DNA of 64,000 nt from Clostridium hydrogenum (GTDB taxonomy: Bacteria; Bacillota; Clostridia; Clostridiales; Clostridiaceae). Under the pieces are notes generated by a model. It was not told the DNA's origin and searched no databases. It saw nothing but the letters and a program-made list of their open reading frames with translations. Of the stretch, positions 1 through 8,569 are shown one piece after another; within the stretch, counting starts at the first letter, position 1, and each line of letters begins with the position of its first letter. The stretch lies in assembly GCF_021432385.1 (NCBI RefSeq), contig NZ_JAEACT010000002.1, positions 502,016 through 566,015 of the forward strand, written 5' to 3'. The translations under genes and the position numbers were made by a program.

Positions 1-203
1 GCAAATACGCCCATAAATGGTCCAAGCAATAATTGAGGTATTAAAGTTACAGCTAATACCGAAGCAAACTTCGTTCCTGAACCTGTAATTTTAAGTACAT
101 ATAATGACAAAGCAAAATCCTGCATTAACGTTCCTATATTAGATATAATTGATCCTAACATTAACAAGGAAAAATCCTTTTGTTTTAACAGTTTTACATT
201 CAT
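1..203 (-). CDS. MFS transporter, N-terminal fragment (gene runs off window start)
   Basis: ATG at 203..201 followed by MNVKLLKQKDFSLLMLGSIISNIGTLMQDFALSLYVLKITGSG..., the hydrophobic TM1/TM2 pattern of MFS exporters. Its ATG overlaps the TGA stop of the upstream rSAM gene (ATGA), which implies translational coupling. Confidence 0.6.
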   Translation of the reverse strand, partial: MNVKLLKQKDFSLLMLGSIISNIGTLMQDFALSLYVLKITGSGTKFASVLAVTLIPQLLLGPFMGVF

Positions 204-1477
204 ACTATTTCTCCTTTATTATTTATAATATCACTATAATAATGAAGCTTAATTCTATCTTCTAATGTCATGCCTCCTTTAGCTTTAGCAATGCATATAT
301 TAGAATTTTTAAATCTACTCAATTTACAACCGTCCATACACATAGGTAACTCTATGCACTCTCTGCATGCTTTATTATCAAATGGTGACATACTATGAAA
401 TTTATAATATAAAGACTGATCAGTAAAATTTATATTTTTCTTATCTCCTATGCTTCCAAAATACAATCCTTGTTCACCTGCCATAGAGCAAAAAGTCAAA
501 TTTCCTTTTGGATCAATAGTAATAGCATTTGGTGTACTTGCTTCACACTTTACTAATCTATTCACCTTATCCGAATACATATATCCTTTTTCTATAGCCA
601 ATTTATACAAATTATAACAATTTAAATTTTCTTTGTTTTGAAATACATTTACAATCTGAATGTTAACATTCCTTCTATACTTTTCAGGAATTATATCAAA
701 TAACTCAACTATACTTATATAATTATTTTCATCAAGATTTATTCTCAAATTTAAATTAATATTTTCTTGTAACAATTTCACAAAATTCTTTACTACTTTT
801 TCAAAAGTTCCCTCTCCATTAGCAAGAGGCCTTTTTTTATCGTGATAATATTTTGTACCATCTAATGTAATCTGAATATTTTTAATTGATAAATCATTTA
901 ACATACTTATATTTTTATCATTAAACAAATAACCGTTGCTAGTCATTCTAGCTTCATACTCACAATTGTTTTCATCACATATTTCCTTAAATATTTTTGT
1001 TAATTCAACAATTTTATTAAATTGTAACATAGGTTCTCCACCAAACCATGCAATCTTCAGTTTACTTATTTTTTTACACTTATCTTTTACTAAATTAGTA
1101 ATTTTATTTGAAACCTCATCTGTCAAATTTTCATTTTTATGTTCTTCATAGCAATATACACATCTAAAATTACAATTAAGCGTCGTTTGAATAACTAACG
1201 TTGCGGTATCTTGTTGAAATTTTTGTTTATTATATAAAAAACTAAGCCTGCTTATTTCATCAAGCTCATCTGAAACTGCTGCTCCTATTTTAATCATTTT
1301 TTTTATGTATTCAGCTTCTTTTAATTCAAATTTATCATGTTTTAATTTTTTTAATATCCCTTTAATCTGTTCTTTTTCCAAATTATTAAATACTAAATAT
1401 TTTCGCGTTAAAATATTATAAAGTAATGATTTCTTATCATTTACATCTAAAATTATATTATATTTAGACTCCTTCAT
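200..1477 (-). CDS. radical SAM / SPASM-domain peptide-modifying enzyme
   Basis: CxxxCxxC cluster (NCNFRCVYCYEEH) about 100 aa from the N-terminus. Before it is an RRE-sized N-terminal extension. The C-terminal region is Cys-rich (CSMAGEQG...CRECIELPMCMDGCKLSRF...NICIA), typical of SPASM auxiliary cluster domains. RBS upstream. Confidence 0.85.
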   Translation of the reverse strand: MKESKYNIILDVNDKKSLLYNILTRKYLVFNNLEKEQIKGILKKLKHDKFELKEAEYIKKMIKIGAAVSDELDEISRLSFLYNKQKFQQDTATLVIQTTLNCNFRCVYCYEEHKNENLTDEVSNKITNLVKDKCKKISKLKIAWFGGEPMLQFNKIVELTKIFKEICDENNCEYEARMTSNGYLFNDKNISMLNDLSIKNIQITLDGTKYYHDKKRPLANGEGTFEKVVKNFVKLLQENINLNLRINLDENNYISIVELFDIIPEKYRRNVNIQIVNVFQNKENLNCYNLYKLAIEKGYMYSDKVNRLVKCEASTPNAITIDPKGNLTFCSMAGEQGLYFGSIGDKKNINFTDQSLYYKFHSMSPFDNKACRECIELPMCMDGCKLSRFKNSNICIAKAKGGMTLEDRIKLHYYSDIINNKGEIV

Positions 1478-1564
1478 AGTTTTCTCCTTACACAGCTTGA
1501 TATATATGCGAAAATCCGCATATATATCAAGCTGTTTACTTTATTACTATACAAAACTCAAACT

Positions 1565-1729
1565 TTATTTAGTAGATATTACTACACAAAAATTAAGTCC
1601 TGCTTCCTCTTCAGCTGAAAGATCCAATTCTTCATTTTGTATAGCATTGGCTAATTCTGCTGAATTGATATACACCTTTCCTTCTTCAACTTTAACTTGT
1701 TCCTTTGTAACTTTAATTTCCTTTGCCAT
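1565..1729 (-). CDS. small ORF (54 aa), candidate RiPP precursor peptide
   Basis: Absent from the ORF track (<60 aa). AGGAGG (1954..1959 is the other one; here CCTCCT at 1738..1743 on plus), 8 nt before the ATG at 1729. Translation: MAKEIKVTKEQVKVEEGKVYINSAELANAIQNEELDLSAEEEAGLNFCVVISTK. Acidic leader-like region, short hydrophobic C-terminus with a single Cys. Lies immediately upstream of the rSAM/SPASM gene. Confidence 0.55.
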   Translation of the reverse strand: MAKEIKVTKEQVKVEEGKVYINSAELANAIQNEELDLSAEEEAGLNFCVVISTK

Positions 1730-1785
1730 AATAAATTCCTCCTAAAATAATATTTATTTATTTTTAATTAATAATAATTAACAAG

Positions 1786-1944
1786 CTAAGATTTTCCTGT
1801 TACTTTTATTGTTAAAATCTCATATCCTATTCCATTGCTTTCCTCATCAACTTCAGTATCTAATGAAGTATCTTGAATATCTAAATCATTTAAATTCTCA
1901 TCCTGTTTAACTTTACGATTTTTGTTCTTTTTATCCTGTCCCAC
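1786..1944 (-). CDS. small ORF (52 aa), possible second precursor-like peptide
   Basis: AGGAGG (CCTCCT at 1954..1959 on plus), 9 nt before the GTG at 1944. Translation: MGQDKKNKNRKVKQDENLNDLDIQDTSLDTEVDEESNGIGYEILTIKVTGKS. Shares an acidic-then-G-then-hydrophobic C-terminal pattern with the 54-aa ORF. The non-ATG start lowers confidence. Confidence 0.35.
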   Translation of the reverse strand: MGQDKKNKNRKVKQDENLNDLDIQDTSLDTEVDEESNGIGYEILTIKVTGKS

Positions 1945-2014
1945 ATCCAATCACCTCCTTAAAGTGCCATCTTTTTAATATATCATTACTAACTTTTAAA
2001 TTTTAGTGAAAATA

Positions 2015-2584
2015 TTATCCTAATTTATATGGTGCTAATGCACTTATAAATCCATAAGTTTCATCAGCCTCTAAATTTTCTAAGGCTTGATATTTTTCAA
2101 ATAATTCTTCTAAATCTTTTTTAAAATTCACCATTGTTTCTTCATCAGCTTTTATAAAATATGCTTTTATTTTATGAGGCTTTTGCTCATAGTCAGGTAT
2201 ATTCCTTATAATATCCCTTGTCAAAGATGCAAAATGCTGCGCAGATAATTCAATATTTTCTTTATCATTACTTGATTCACAATTATTTTTTACATAATTC
2301 AATATTTCAATATCCGTCGATGCCAATTTATATGTTTTTTCTACCTTACCATCAATTATTCTTACATCTGTTACTTTAATAAGCTTTGCATCAACCAATC
2401 GCTTAACATATAATTGAGTAGAAAAACTAGGAGTATTCAAATCTCTAGAAATTTCTTTTATTGTTTTAGCGCCTGACAAAAGAATCAATAATATGTCTAA
2501 AGCCTTTCCGTTAACAATATCCTTTTTAAATTTATCATCCTCATTAATAAGTGCTACTTCATTTATGCAAGGCATATCAGCCAT
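2015..2584 (-). CDS. putative winged-helix transcriptional regulator
   Basis: N-terminal HTH-like segment ALDILLILLSGAKTIKEISRDLNTPSFSTQLYVKRLVDAKLIKV, resembling ArsR/MarR-type winged helix. Acidic C-terminal domain. Confidence 0.5.
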   Translation of the reverse strand: MADMPCINEVALINEDDKFKKDIVNGKALDILLILLSGAKTIKEISRDLNTPSFSTQLYVKRLVDAKLIKVTDVRIIDGKVEKTYKLASTDIEILNYVKNNCESSNDKENIELSAQHFASLTRDIIRNIPDYEQKPHKIKAYFIKADEETMVNFKKDLEELFEKYQALENLEADETYGFISALAPYKLG

Positions 2585-2601
2585 AGAATCATCTCCTTTC
2601 C

Positions 2602-3990
2602 CTAATTCATTTTAAGTAACGGAACTAGTGCATCTATATCGAATTTTCCAATAGCCGCTAGTCCAATATTGTTTTCATTAAATATTTCTGTTGCAACTCT
2701 GTACACATTTTCTTTTGAAACATGCTTAATATTTCGAACTTCTTGCTCTAATGAAAACGACTTTCCGTAAGATGAGCATTTACCCAAAAACTTTAAATGC
2801 GCCACTATGTTATCTATATCTAATAAAGTTCTTGTTTCAAGAATTCGTTTCGCTCTATCAACTTCTATATCATCAAAACCTTTTTCTTTTATTCTTAAAA
2901 ATTCATTTGTCATAATTTTTACTATCTCTTCTACTGATTCATGAGCACATACAGCCATAAACCCAAGCGTTCCTCTATCTTCATAAAAATTAGTAAAAGC
3001 TCCCAAGTTGTATGCTAGTCCTCTCTTCTGACGAATCTCCTGGCATAACCTTGATTCCATAGTAGGATTACCCAATATAGTTGATAAAACCTCTATGCTA
3101 AGCCTGTCTTCATGGTTGTATGATGGAAGTCTAAATCCTATTGATAAAGCTGAACTTTTCCCGTTATTCACTGAATTAAAATATATGCCAGGATCACTAT
3201 CTACAATTTCTTTATATTTTCTAGTACTCTTATCACTCCATGGTGAAAAACTTTCTTCAATCATTTCTAATGTTTCTTCATAATCAATTCCACCTATAAC
3301 AACTAATGTTGTATTTTCTGGTGTGTATGTTTCATCTATTATTTTTTCTATATCCTCTAGCTTAGCTTTTTTTATATTTTCGATATTTCCAACTATTATT
3401 CTACCTATACCTGTATTTCCCCAAAGTGCTTGACTAGTTCTTTCTTTTATTTGATTAAACGAAGAATAAAAAGATACAGTTTCCTGTGTTACAACTTTTT
3501 TTTCATTCTCAAATAATTCTTTTGAAAAAGTCTTATTGTCCATAACTATACTTGACAAAGTTTCTATGCATTTTCCTAAAGTTCTAGTTAATCCTGTAAA
3601 ATAGTAGCTGGTAGTTTCTTTTGTGGTACCTGCATTATAAACAACACCTTCATATGAAGTTTCGTCAATTAAATTTTTAAATCTTTTGTTATCATAGTTG
3701 TTTATATTAATCATAAGATGTTCTAACAAATGTGATAATCCATTAGTCTCATCATCTTCATGCTTACTTCCTTGCTTTACCCAAACACCACATGCCATCG
3801 TCTTAACAGCTGGTATTTTATGCATAACCACTCGTAATCCATTTTCTAAATATACGGTTAATATATCATACACTTTCTCACCCACTTGCTTAGTTGTTTT
3901 GCTTGTATGTAATAATATCATGTTTTTTTTAAAAAGTAAATAATTTTTATTTACTTTTTTATTTTTTAATTTCTGGATCAATAGAGTCAC
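2602..3990 (-). CDS. M16 family (pitrilysin/insulinase-like) zinc peptidase
   Basis: Inverted zinc-binding motif HxxEH (GLSHLLEHLM). Size and two-lobe organisation fit the M16 family. The likely true start is the ATG at 3921 (MILLHTSK...), which removes the overlap with the upstream small ORF. Confidence 0.8.
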   Translation of the reverse strand: MTLLIQKLKNKKVNKNYLLFKKNMILLHTSKTTKQVGEKVYDILTVYLENGLRVVMHKIPAVKTMACGVWVKQGSKHEDDETNGLSHLLEHLMININNYDNKRFKNLIDETSYEGVVYNAGTTKETTSYYFTGLTRTLGKCIETLSSIVMDNKTFSKELFENEKKVVTQETVSFYSSFNQIKERTSQALWGNTGIGRIIVGNIENIKKAKLEDIEKIIDETYTPENTTLVVIGGIDYEETLEMIEESFSPWSDKSTRKYKEIVDSDPGIYFNSVNNGKSSALSIGFRLPSYNHEDRLSIEVLSTILGNPTMESRLCQEIRQKRGLAYNLGAFTNFYEDRGTLGFMAVCAHESVEEIVKIMTNEFLRIKEKGFDDIEVDRAKRILETRTLLDIDNIVAHLKFLGKCSSYGKSFSLEQEVRNIKHVSKENVYRVATEIFNENNIGLAAIGKFDIDALVPLLKMN

Positions 3991-4120
3991 TAATATATAT
4001 ATTAGTTAATGCATACTTTTGTTGATTGTTTTTATTTGCATTACTAATATTTTTTGCCCCAATATTTAATACCAACAATGCACTTAACCCTATAATTATT
4101 ATTTTTGCTGATTTTTTCAT
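3959..4120 (-). CDS. small secreted peptide (53 aa) with signal peptide
   Basis: Not in the ORF track. GAGGGGG, 7 nt before the ATG at 4120. Translation: MKKSAKIIIIGLSALLVLNIGAKNISNANKNNQQKYALTNIYISDSIDPEIKK. Classic n-h-c signal peptide with an IGA|K cleavage site. Lies divergent to the RNPP-like regulator and co-directional with the M16 peptidase. Confidence 0.4.
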   Translation of the reverse strand: MKKSAKIIIIGLSALLVLNIGAKNISNANKNNQQKYALTNIYISDSIDPEIKK

Positions 4121-4312
4121 CACATTGCCCCCTCTTTTATTAATTGTAGCCTTTTAGGTAAATTTGTTTAATAAAGTAAACTTTGATTTGTTTTACCTTA
4201 TTATATCACTTAACTTTTTTAAAGTAAATATATATTATTTACTTTTATGTTTTTTATTTTTATTAACTATGATATAATTAGATAAGAAATTTCAATTAAA
4301 GGAGAAAGTATC

Positions 4313-5641
4313 ATGAATACTAAAGTTATTACAGCTGGCGAAAAGCTTAAAGATATAAGAAAAAAATATAAGATAAAGCAATATGAATTAAGTGGGAATG
4401 AGCTTACACGAAACATGATAAGCATGATTGAAACTAACAAAGCTGGGCTAACGAAAAACACAGCTGAAATACTACTTAAAAATATTCATATATTATGCGA
4501 AAAAAAATCTATAGATTGTGATGTTACTTTAGAATATTTGCTTGAATCAGATGAAATTCAAGCAAAAAAAATATGTGATGATTTTATTAAATTATTGAAT
4601 TCAAATCCTACGAAAATACTTGAAGATGAATTTGAAACAAGTCTCATTGAAATACAAAAGTTGCTAGATGCATATAAATTGAGGGATAAAAAATTAACAA
4701 TATATTTAAAACTAAGTGATATATTTGATGATTGTCGTGATTTTTATAAGGCATACCTCTATTCTTTAAGAGCTTTTGAAAATTATAATGATTTGTTCAA
4801 CAACCCCGAATTAATAGACTTGATTATTAAAATCACTTATTACTGCAATCATTTAAAAAAATACAAAGAAATGCTAGATTTTGTTAAATTAGCATATATC
4901 TATATGCCTAATCTTCCAAAAGATAAAGAATACAAATTAAAATTCAACACCATAAAAGCTTATAAAAATTTAAAGGATTATAATTCCGCCTTAAGAACAA
5001 TTGATGAAATAGAAAATACTTTTAAAGAAAATTTAAATTCAGATTCTGCAGAAAAAATAAGCATCTTGATTTTTAAAGCCAATTGTCTTAGCGAAAAAAA
5101 ATTTTTTATAGATGCCCTACAAATACACAGAAAAATATTAGAATTGACTGAGGATAATGTGGAACTTCATCTTGTCACATTATGCAATATAATTGAAGTA
5201 TATATAAAAATAAAGGATAGCCAAAAGCTCAAAGAATATATTGATAAATCTATCTTTTATTTAAAAGAATATGACAAATTAGAAAACAAAATTTATTCTT
5301 CTGAGATATATAATCTTATTGGATTGGGATATTACACTATAAATAAATTTGAAATGAGCAAAATATACTTTAACAAGGCTTTAAGTAAAGCCAAAAAATA
5401 TAAAGATGTAGACGTTATAATCTCAGCTTTTGAAAAGCTTTTAAGTATAGCTATAACTACTAATTGTACAGATGAAGTGAATGATTTAAAAAATCAATTG
5501 ATTGAAATAATTTCTCTTGAACTATTGCCTATAAACAATGTTGTGATATTTCAATTTATCAAATATTACAATGACTTAGGTGATAGAGAAACCATTAATG
5601 ATATAGTTAACTTTGTAACTTCTATGCTATCTAAACGTTAA
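4313..5641 (+). CDS. XRE-HTH + TPR-like transcriptional regulator (RNPP/Rgg-like quorum-sensing regulator family)
   Basis: N-terminal XRE-type HTH (KLKDIRKKYKIKQYELSG...ISMIETNK). It is followed by about 380 aa of helical repeats with TPR-like periodicity (AYLYSLRAFENYNDL..., GLGYYTINKFEMSKIYFNKALSKAKK). Good RBS. Confidence 0.6.
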   Translation: MNTKVITAGEKLKDIRKKYKIKQYELSGNELTRNMISMIETNKAGLTKNTAEILLKNIHILCEKKSIDCDVTLEYLLESDEIQAKKICDDFIKLLNSNPTKILEDEFETSLIEIQKLLDAYKLRDKKLTIYLKLSDIFDDCRDFYKAYLYSLRAFENYNDLFNNPELIDLIIKITYYCNHLKKYKEMLDFVKLAYIYMPNLPKDKEYKLKFNTIKAYKNLKDYNSALRTIDEIENTFKENLNSDSAEKISILIFKANCLSEKKFFIDALQIHRKILELTEDNVELHLVTLCNIIEVYIKIKDSQKLKEYIDKSIFYLKEYDKLENKIYSSEIYNLIGLGYYTINKFEMSKIYFNKALSKAKKYKDVDVIISAFEKLLSIAITTNCTDEVNDLKNQLIEIISLELLPINNVVIFQFIKYYNDLGDRETINDIVNFVTSMLSKR

Positions 5642-5686
5642 TATTTTTAATTAAATTACAATTTTAATGTTTTATATTGTTTCTCT

Positions 5687-7090
5687 CTACTCTAACGGAA
5701 TAGTAAAATAAAAGGTACTTCCATTATCTTTTAAGCTTTTGCAATAAATTTCTCCTCCATGTTTTTCTACAATATACTTGCAGGTTGAAAGTCCTAACCC
5801 TGAACCTTGTATACGTGAATTTCTGGACTTGTCTCCTCTGTAAAATTTATTGAATATATAAGGCATATCTTCTGGTGATATGCCTATTCCATTATCTTCA
5901 ATGCAAATAAATAGATATCTATTTTCTATATACGATTTAAAACTTATTGTTAAATTACCCTTGCCATATTTCATTGAATTGCTTATAAGATTAAAAACTG
6001 CCTGATATATTCTTATATTATCTACATTTATAATTCCCTCTGGAATACCTTTGTCCCATATAAACTCTATATTTTTACTCTTAAGTTCTAAATCTATTTC
6101 TTCTATTAACTTTTGTAAAAATGGCTTTATAGATACTTCTTTCTTTCTAATTGTTAGCACTTCCAAATCTGCTTTTGATTGTTCAAGTAAATCGCTAACC
6201 AGACTATTTAAAGTATCTATTTTTTTTAAAATTATAGAGGTATATTCCTCTTTTTCTTCCAGCGTTTCTGCCATACCATCTCTAATCGCCTCTACATATG
6301 CCTTAATTGATGACAGCGGTGTTTTTATATCATGAGAAATTGCTGCTATTACTTCTTTTTCGGACTTTTTAATGTTCTCCTCTTTTTTAATATGATCACC
6401 TAATTCATCACGCATAAGTTCAAAGGCATAGGACAAGTCTCCAACTTCATCTTCGCTATTATAAGTAACATAATTATCAAACTTTCCTTCTATAATGTCA
6501 TTTGAACTTTGTGTTATTTTTTTTATTGGTTTTAGTACTTTTTTGCTTACAAAAATTTTAAAGCATAATAAAAGCAAAGATAATATTACAAGCATTATCA
6601 CCTCTGGAGTTAAAGTGATTAATTTTCGCTTAAATAATGAATTTTCTTCAAGATCCGTATGTTTTATGAAAGCCACAAAAAAACCTTTATTTTCACCATT
6701 AATAACAATTGGAAAACTACTTTTAATATAGCCCTTATATTTGATCGCTGAACTATTATCAAACTGAAGAAAACTTTCCAAGCTTTGACTTTTGCCTATA
6801 TTTAAGCTTCCTGAAGCATATAACACTTCGCCTTTATTGTTAAGCACCACATAAGGATATTTCCAAGTTGTAAAATTGCTCTGCCCACTAGCAAAGCTTT
6901 CTTCAACTTTTTGAATTTTTTGCGCACAAATAAGCCTAGTTTTATTATAATAAAGGCTTTCATCTTCATTTGGATAAAAAGTAAAAGTCAAAGCAATAGC
7001 TAAGACTTCTAAAGTAATTATGGCTATAATAAAAATGTTTATTAACTTAGCAATACTCTTATTATCACTATGCCTCAAGCTTATACCCAA
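5687..7090 (-). CDS. sensor histidine kinase
   Basis: Two TM segments flank an extracytoplasmic domain of about 120 aa. HisKA H-box AAISHDIKTPLSSI. HATPase_c N and G boxes (NLISNSMKYG, GSGLGLS). Confidence 0.85.
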   Translation of the reverse strand: MGISLRHSDNKSIAKLINIFIIAIITLEVLAIALTFTFYPNEDESLYYNKTRLICAQKIQKVEESFASGQSNFTTWKYPYVVLNNKGEVLYASGSLNIGKSQSLESFLQFDNSSAIKYKGYIKSSFPIVINGENKGFFVAFIKHTDLEENSLFKRKLITLTPEVIMLVILSLLLLCFKIFVSKKVLKPIKKITQSSNDIIEGKFDNYVTYNSEDEVGDLSYAFELMRDELGDHIKKEENIKKSEKEVIAAISHDIKTPLSSIKAYVEAIRDGMAETLEEKEEYTSIILKKIDTLNSLVSDLLEQSKADLEVLTIRKKEVSIKPFLQKLIEEIDLELKSKNIEFIWDKGIPEGIINVDNIRIYQAVFNLISNSMKYGKGNLTISFKSYIENRYLFICIEDNGIGISPEDMPYIFNKFYRGDKSRNSRIQGSGLGLSTCKYIVEKHGGEIYCKSLKDNGSTFYFTIPLE

Positions 7091-7760
7091 CCCCTCTAAC
7101 AGTTTTTATATAATTAGCTCCAAACTTACCCATTTTGTCCCTTAACCTATTAATATATACTGCAACAGCGCTGATTTCCCCGTACTCATTAAAACCCCAA
7201 ACCTTTTCATATATTTGTTCCTTTGACAACACTTGGTTCGGATTTCTGCATAAAAGTGTGAGCATTTCAAATTCTTTAGAGGTTAAAGATAAAAACTCTC
7301 CATTTATAGAAACATCATAGGATGCTGTGTTTATTTCTAAAGCTTTTATTTTAATAATGTTTTGTGCCTCTTCTGAAACTCCTGTATTAAAATCTTGGTA
7401 TCTTCTTATATGCGCCTTAACTCTAGCTACTAGTTCAAATGGACTAAAAGGTTTTGTAATATAATCATCTGCACCCAAGCCAAGGCTTAAAACTTTGTCC
7501 AAATCACCGTCTTTAGCCGATAACATAATTACAGGTACTTTTGACTCACTTCTTATTATCCTGCACACTTCCATGCCATCTAGCTTTGGAAGCATTATAT
7601 CCAAAATCACCAAATGGGGCTTAAAACTTTTAAATATATCCAAAGCTTCCTTACCGTCATTTGCCGTACTAACCTGAAAGCCCTCTTTAGTTAGATACTT
7701 TTCTTCTATCCTTGCTAAATCAACCTCATCATCAACAATTAAAATTCTCTCATTGGACAT
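7068..7760 (-). CDS. OmpR/PhoB-family response regulator
   Basis: Receiver domain (ILIVDDE..., LVILDIMLP, K in LSAKD) plus a C-terminal winged-helix DNA-binding domain (LTSKEFEMLTLL..., GVGYKLEA). Overlaps the HK start by 23 nt. Confidence 0.9.
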   Translation of the reverse strand: MSNERILIVDDEVDLARIEEKYLTKEGFQVSTANDGKEALDIFKSFKPHLVILDIMLPKLDGMEVCRIIRSESKVPVIMLSAKDGDLDKVLSLGLGADDYITKPFSPFELVARVKAHIRRYQDFNTGVSEEAQNIIKIKALEINTASYDVSINGEFLSLTSKEFEMLTLLCRNPNQVLSKEQIYEKVWGFNEYGEISAVAVYINRLRDKMGKFGANYIKTVRGVGYKLEA

Positions 7761-7798
7761 AATACAACCCCCACTTTTTCCCTTAATTATAACATAGG

Positions 7799-8557
7799 TT
7801 ACCAGCCTTTACTCTCAAGAAAGCTAAACACTTCTTCTTTTCTTTCTTCTTGTCCCATGCTAGTATATTTGGGCATATTAAGTTCTCCATCAATTCTTCC
7901 ATCTTTAATGTAGAGTAGCCTATTTGCTCTGCAAGCTGCTTTAGCATCATGAGTTACCATTACAATTGATTGTCCTTCATTATTAATCTTTGAAAGTATA
8001 TCAAGTACTTCCTGTCCACTGGAGGAATTTAATGCTCCCGTAGGTTCATCTGCAAAAATCACCTCTGGCTTATTTATAAGCGCTCTACATATAGCAACTC
8101 TTTGCTTTTGGCCGCCAGAAAGCTGTGATGGATACTTGCTTTCATGCTCTTTCAATTCAAATGCATTTAATAATTTATCTATAGTTTGTCTTAACTCATT
8201 TTTGTCCCTTTTCATCTTATAAGTTGGAGCCGCTATATTTTCATATATATTTAAATCATTAATCAAGTTTATTCCCTGAAATACAAAAGAAAGCTTCTCT
8301 CTTCTTATTTTGTCCATTTCCTTTTTATCTATTTTTTTTTAATCCTTGTCTAGCATTTTAACTTCACCTATGGTAGCATTATCCATACCACTTAAGAGGT
8401 ACATTAAAGTTGATTTACCTGAGCCCGAGCTTCCCATTATTACAGTAAAATCACCTTTATATATTTTTAGATCCATATTCTTAATCACATTATAATTTTC
8501 GCCGTCCGTATCAAAGCTTTTGCAAAGACCTTTTGTTTCTATTATTACTTCTTTCAT
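7799..8557 (-). pseudogene. ABC transporter ATP-binding protein (MacB/BceA-like), disrupted by a frameshift
   Basis: Walker A GSSGSGKST is in ORF 8339..8557 and ends KMLDKD*. ABC signature LSGGQKQRV and Walker B IFADEPT are in ORF 7799..8317, in another frame. The two reading frames exchange within about 8 nt next to an A10/T10 homopolymer (8331..8340). Confidence 0.6.
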
Positions 8558-8569
8558 TCAAAATTCCTC

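Noticed and set aside
936-1151. Numerous 60-140-aa ORFs antisense to long genes (for example 936..1151, 3095..3283, 6051..6335, 10602..10865, 11889..12209, 22332..22625, 36403..36804, 37549..37953, 47624..48259, 59631..60122)
   Set aside because: Fully nested antisense to well-supported protein genes, no RBS, low-complexity AT-codon-biased translations. Expected by chance in an AT-rich genome.
1497-1745. Plus-strand 82-aa ORF from the track
   Set aside because: Antisense to a minus-strand 54-aa ORF that has a canonical AGGAGG RBS and lies upstream of the rSAM gene. The plus ORF has no RBS and a low-complexity translation.
8326-8345. T10/A10 homopolymer at the ATPase frameshift, considered as a slipped-strand phase-variation switch
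   Set aside because: The frame-1 stop (TAA) lies before the tract and the other frame has a TAG just upstream. No change in tract length reconnects the two halves, so the lesion maps to the 8 nt before the tract.
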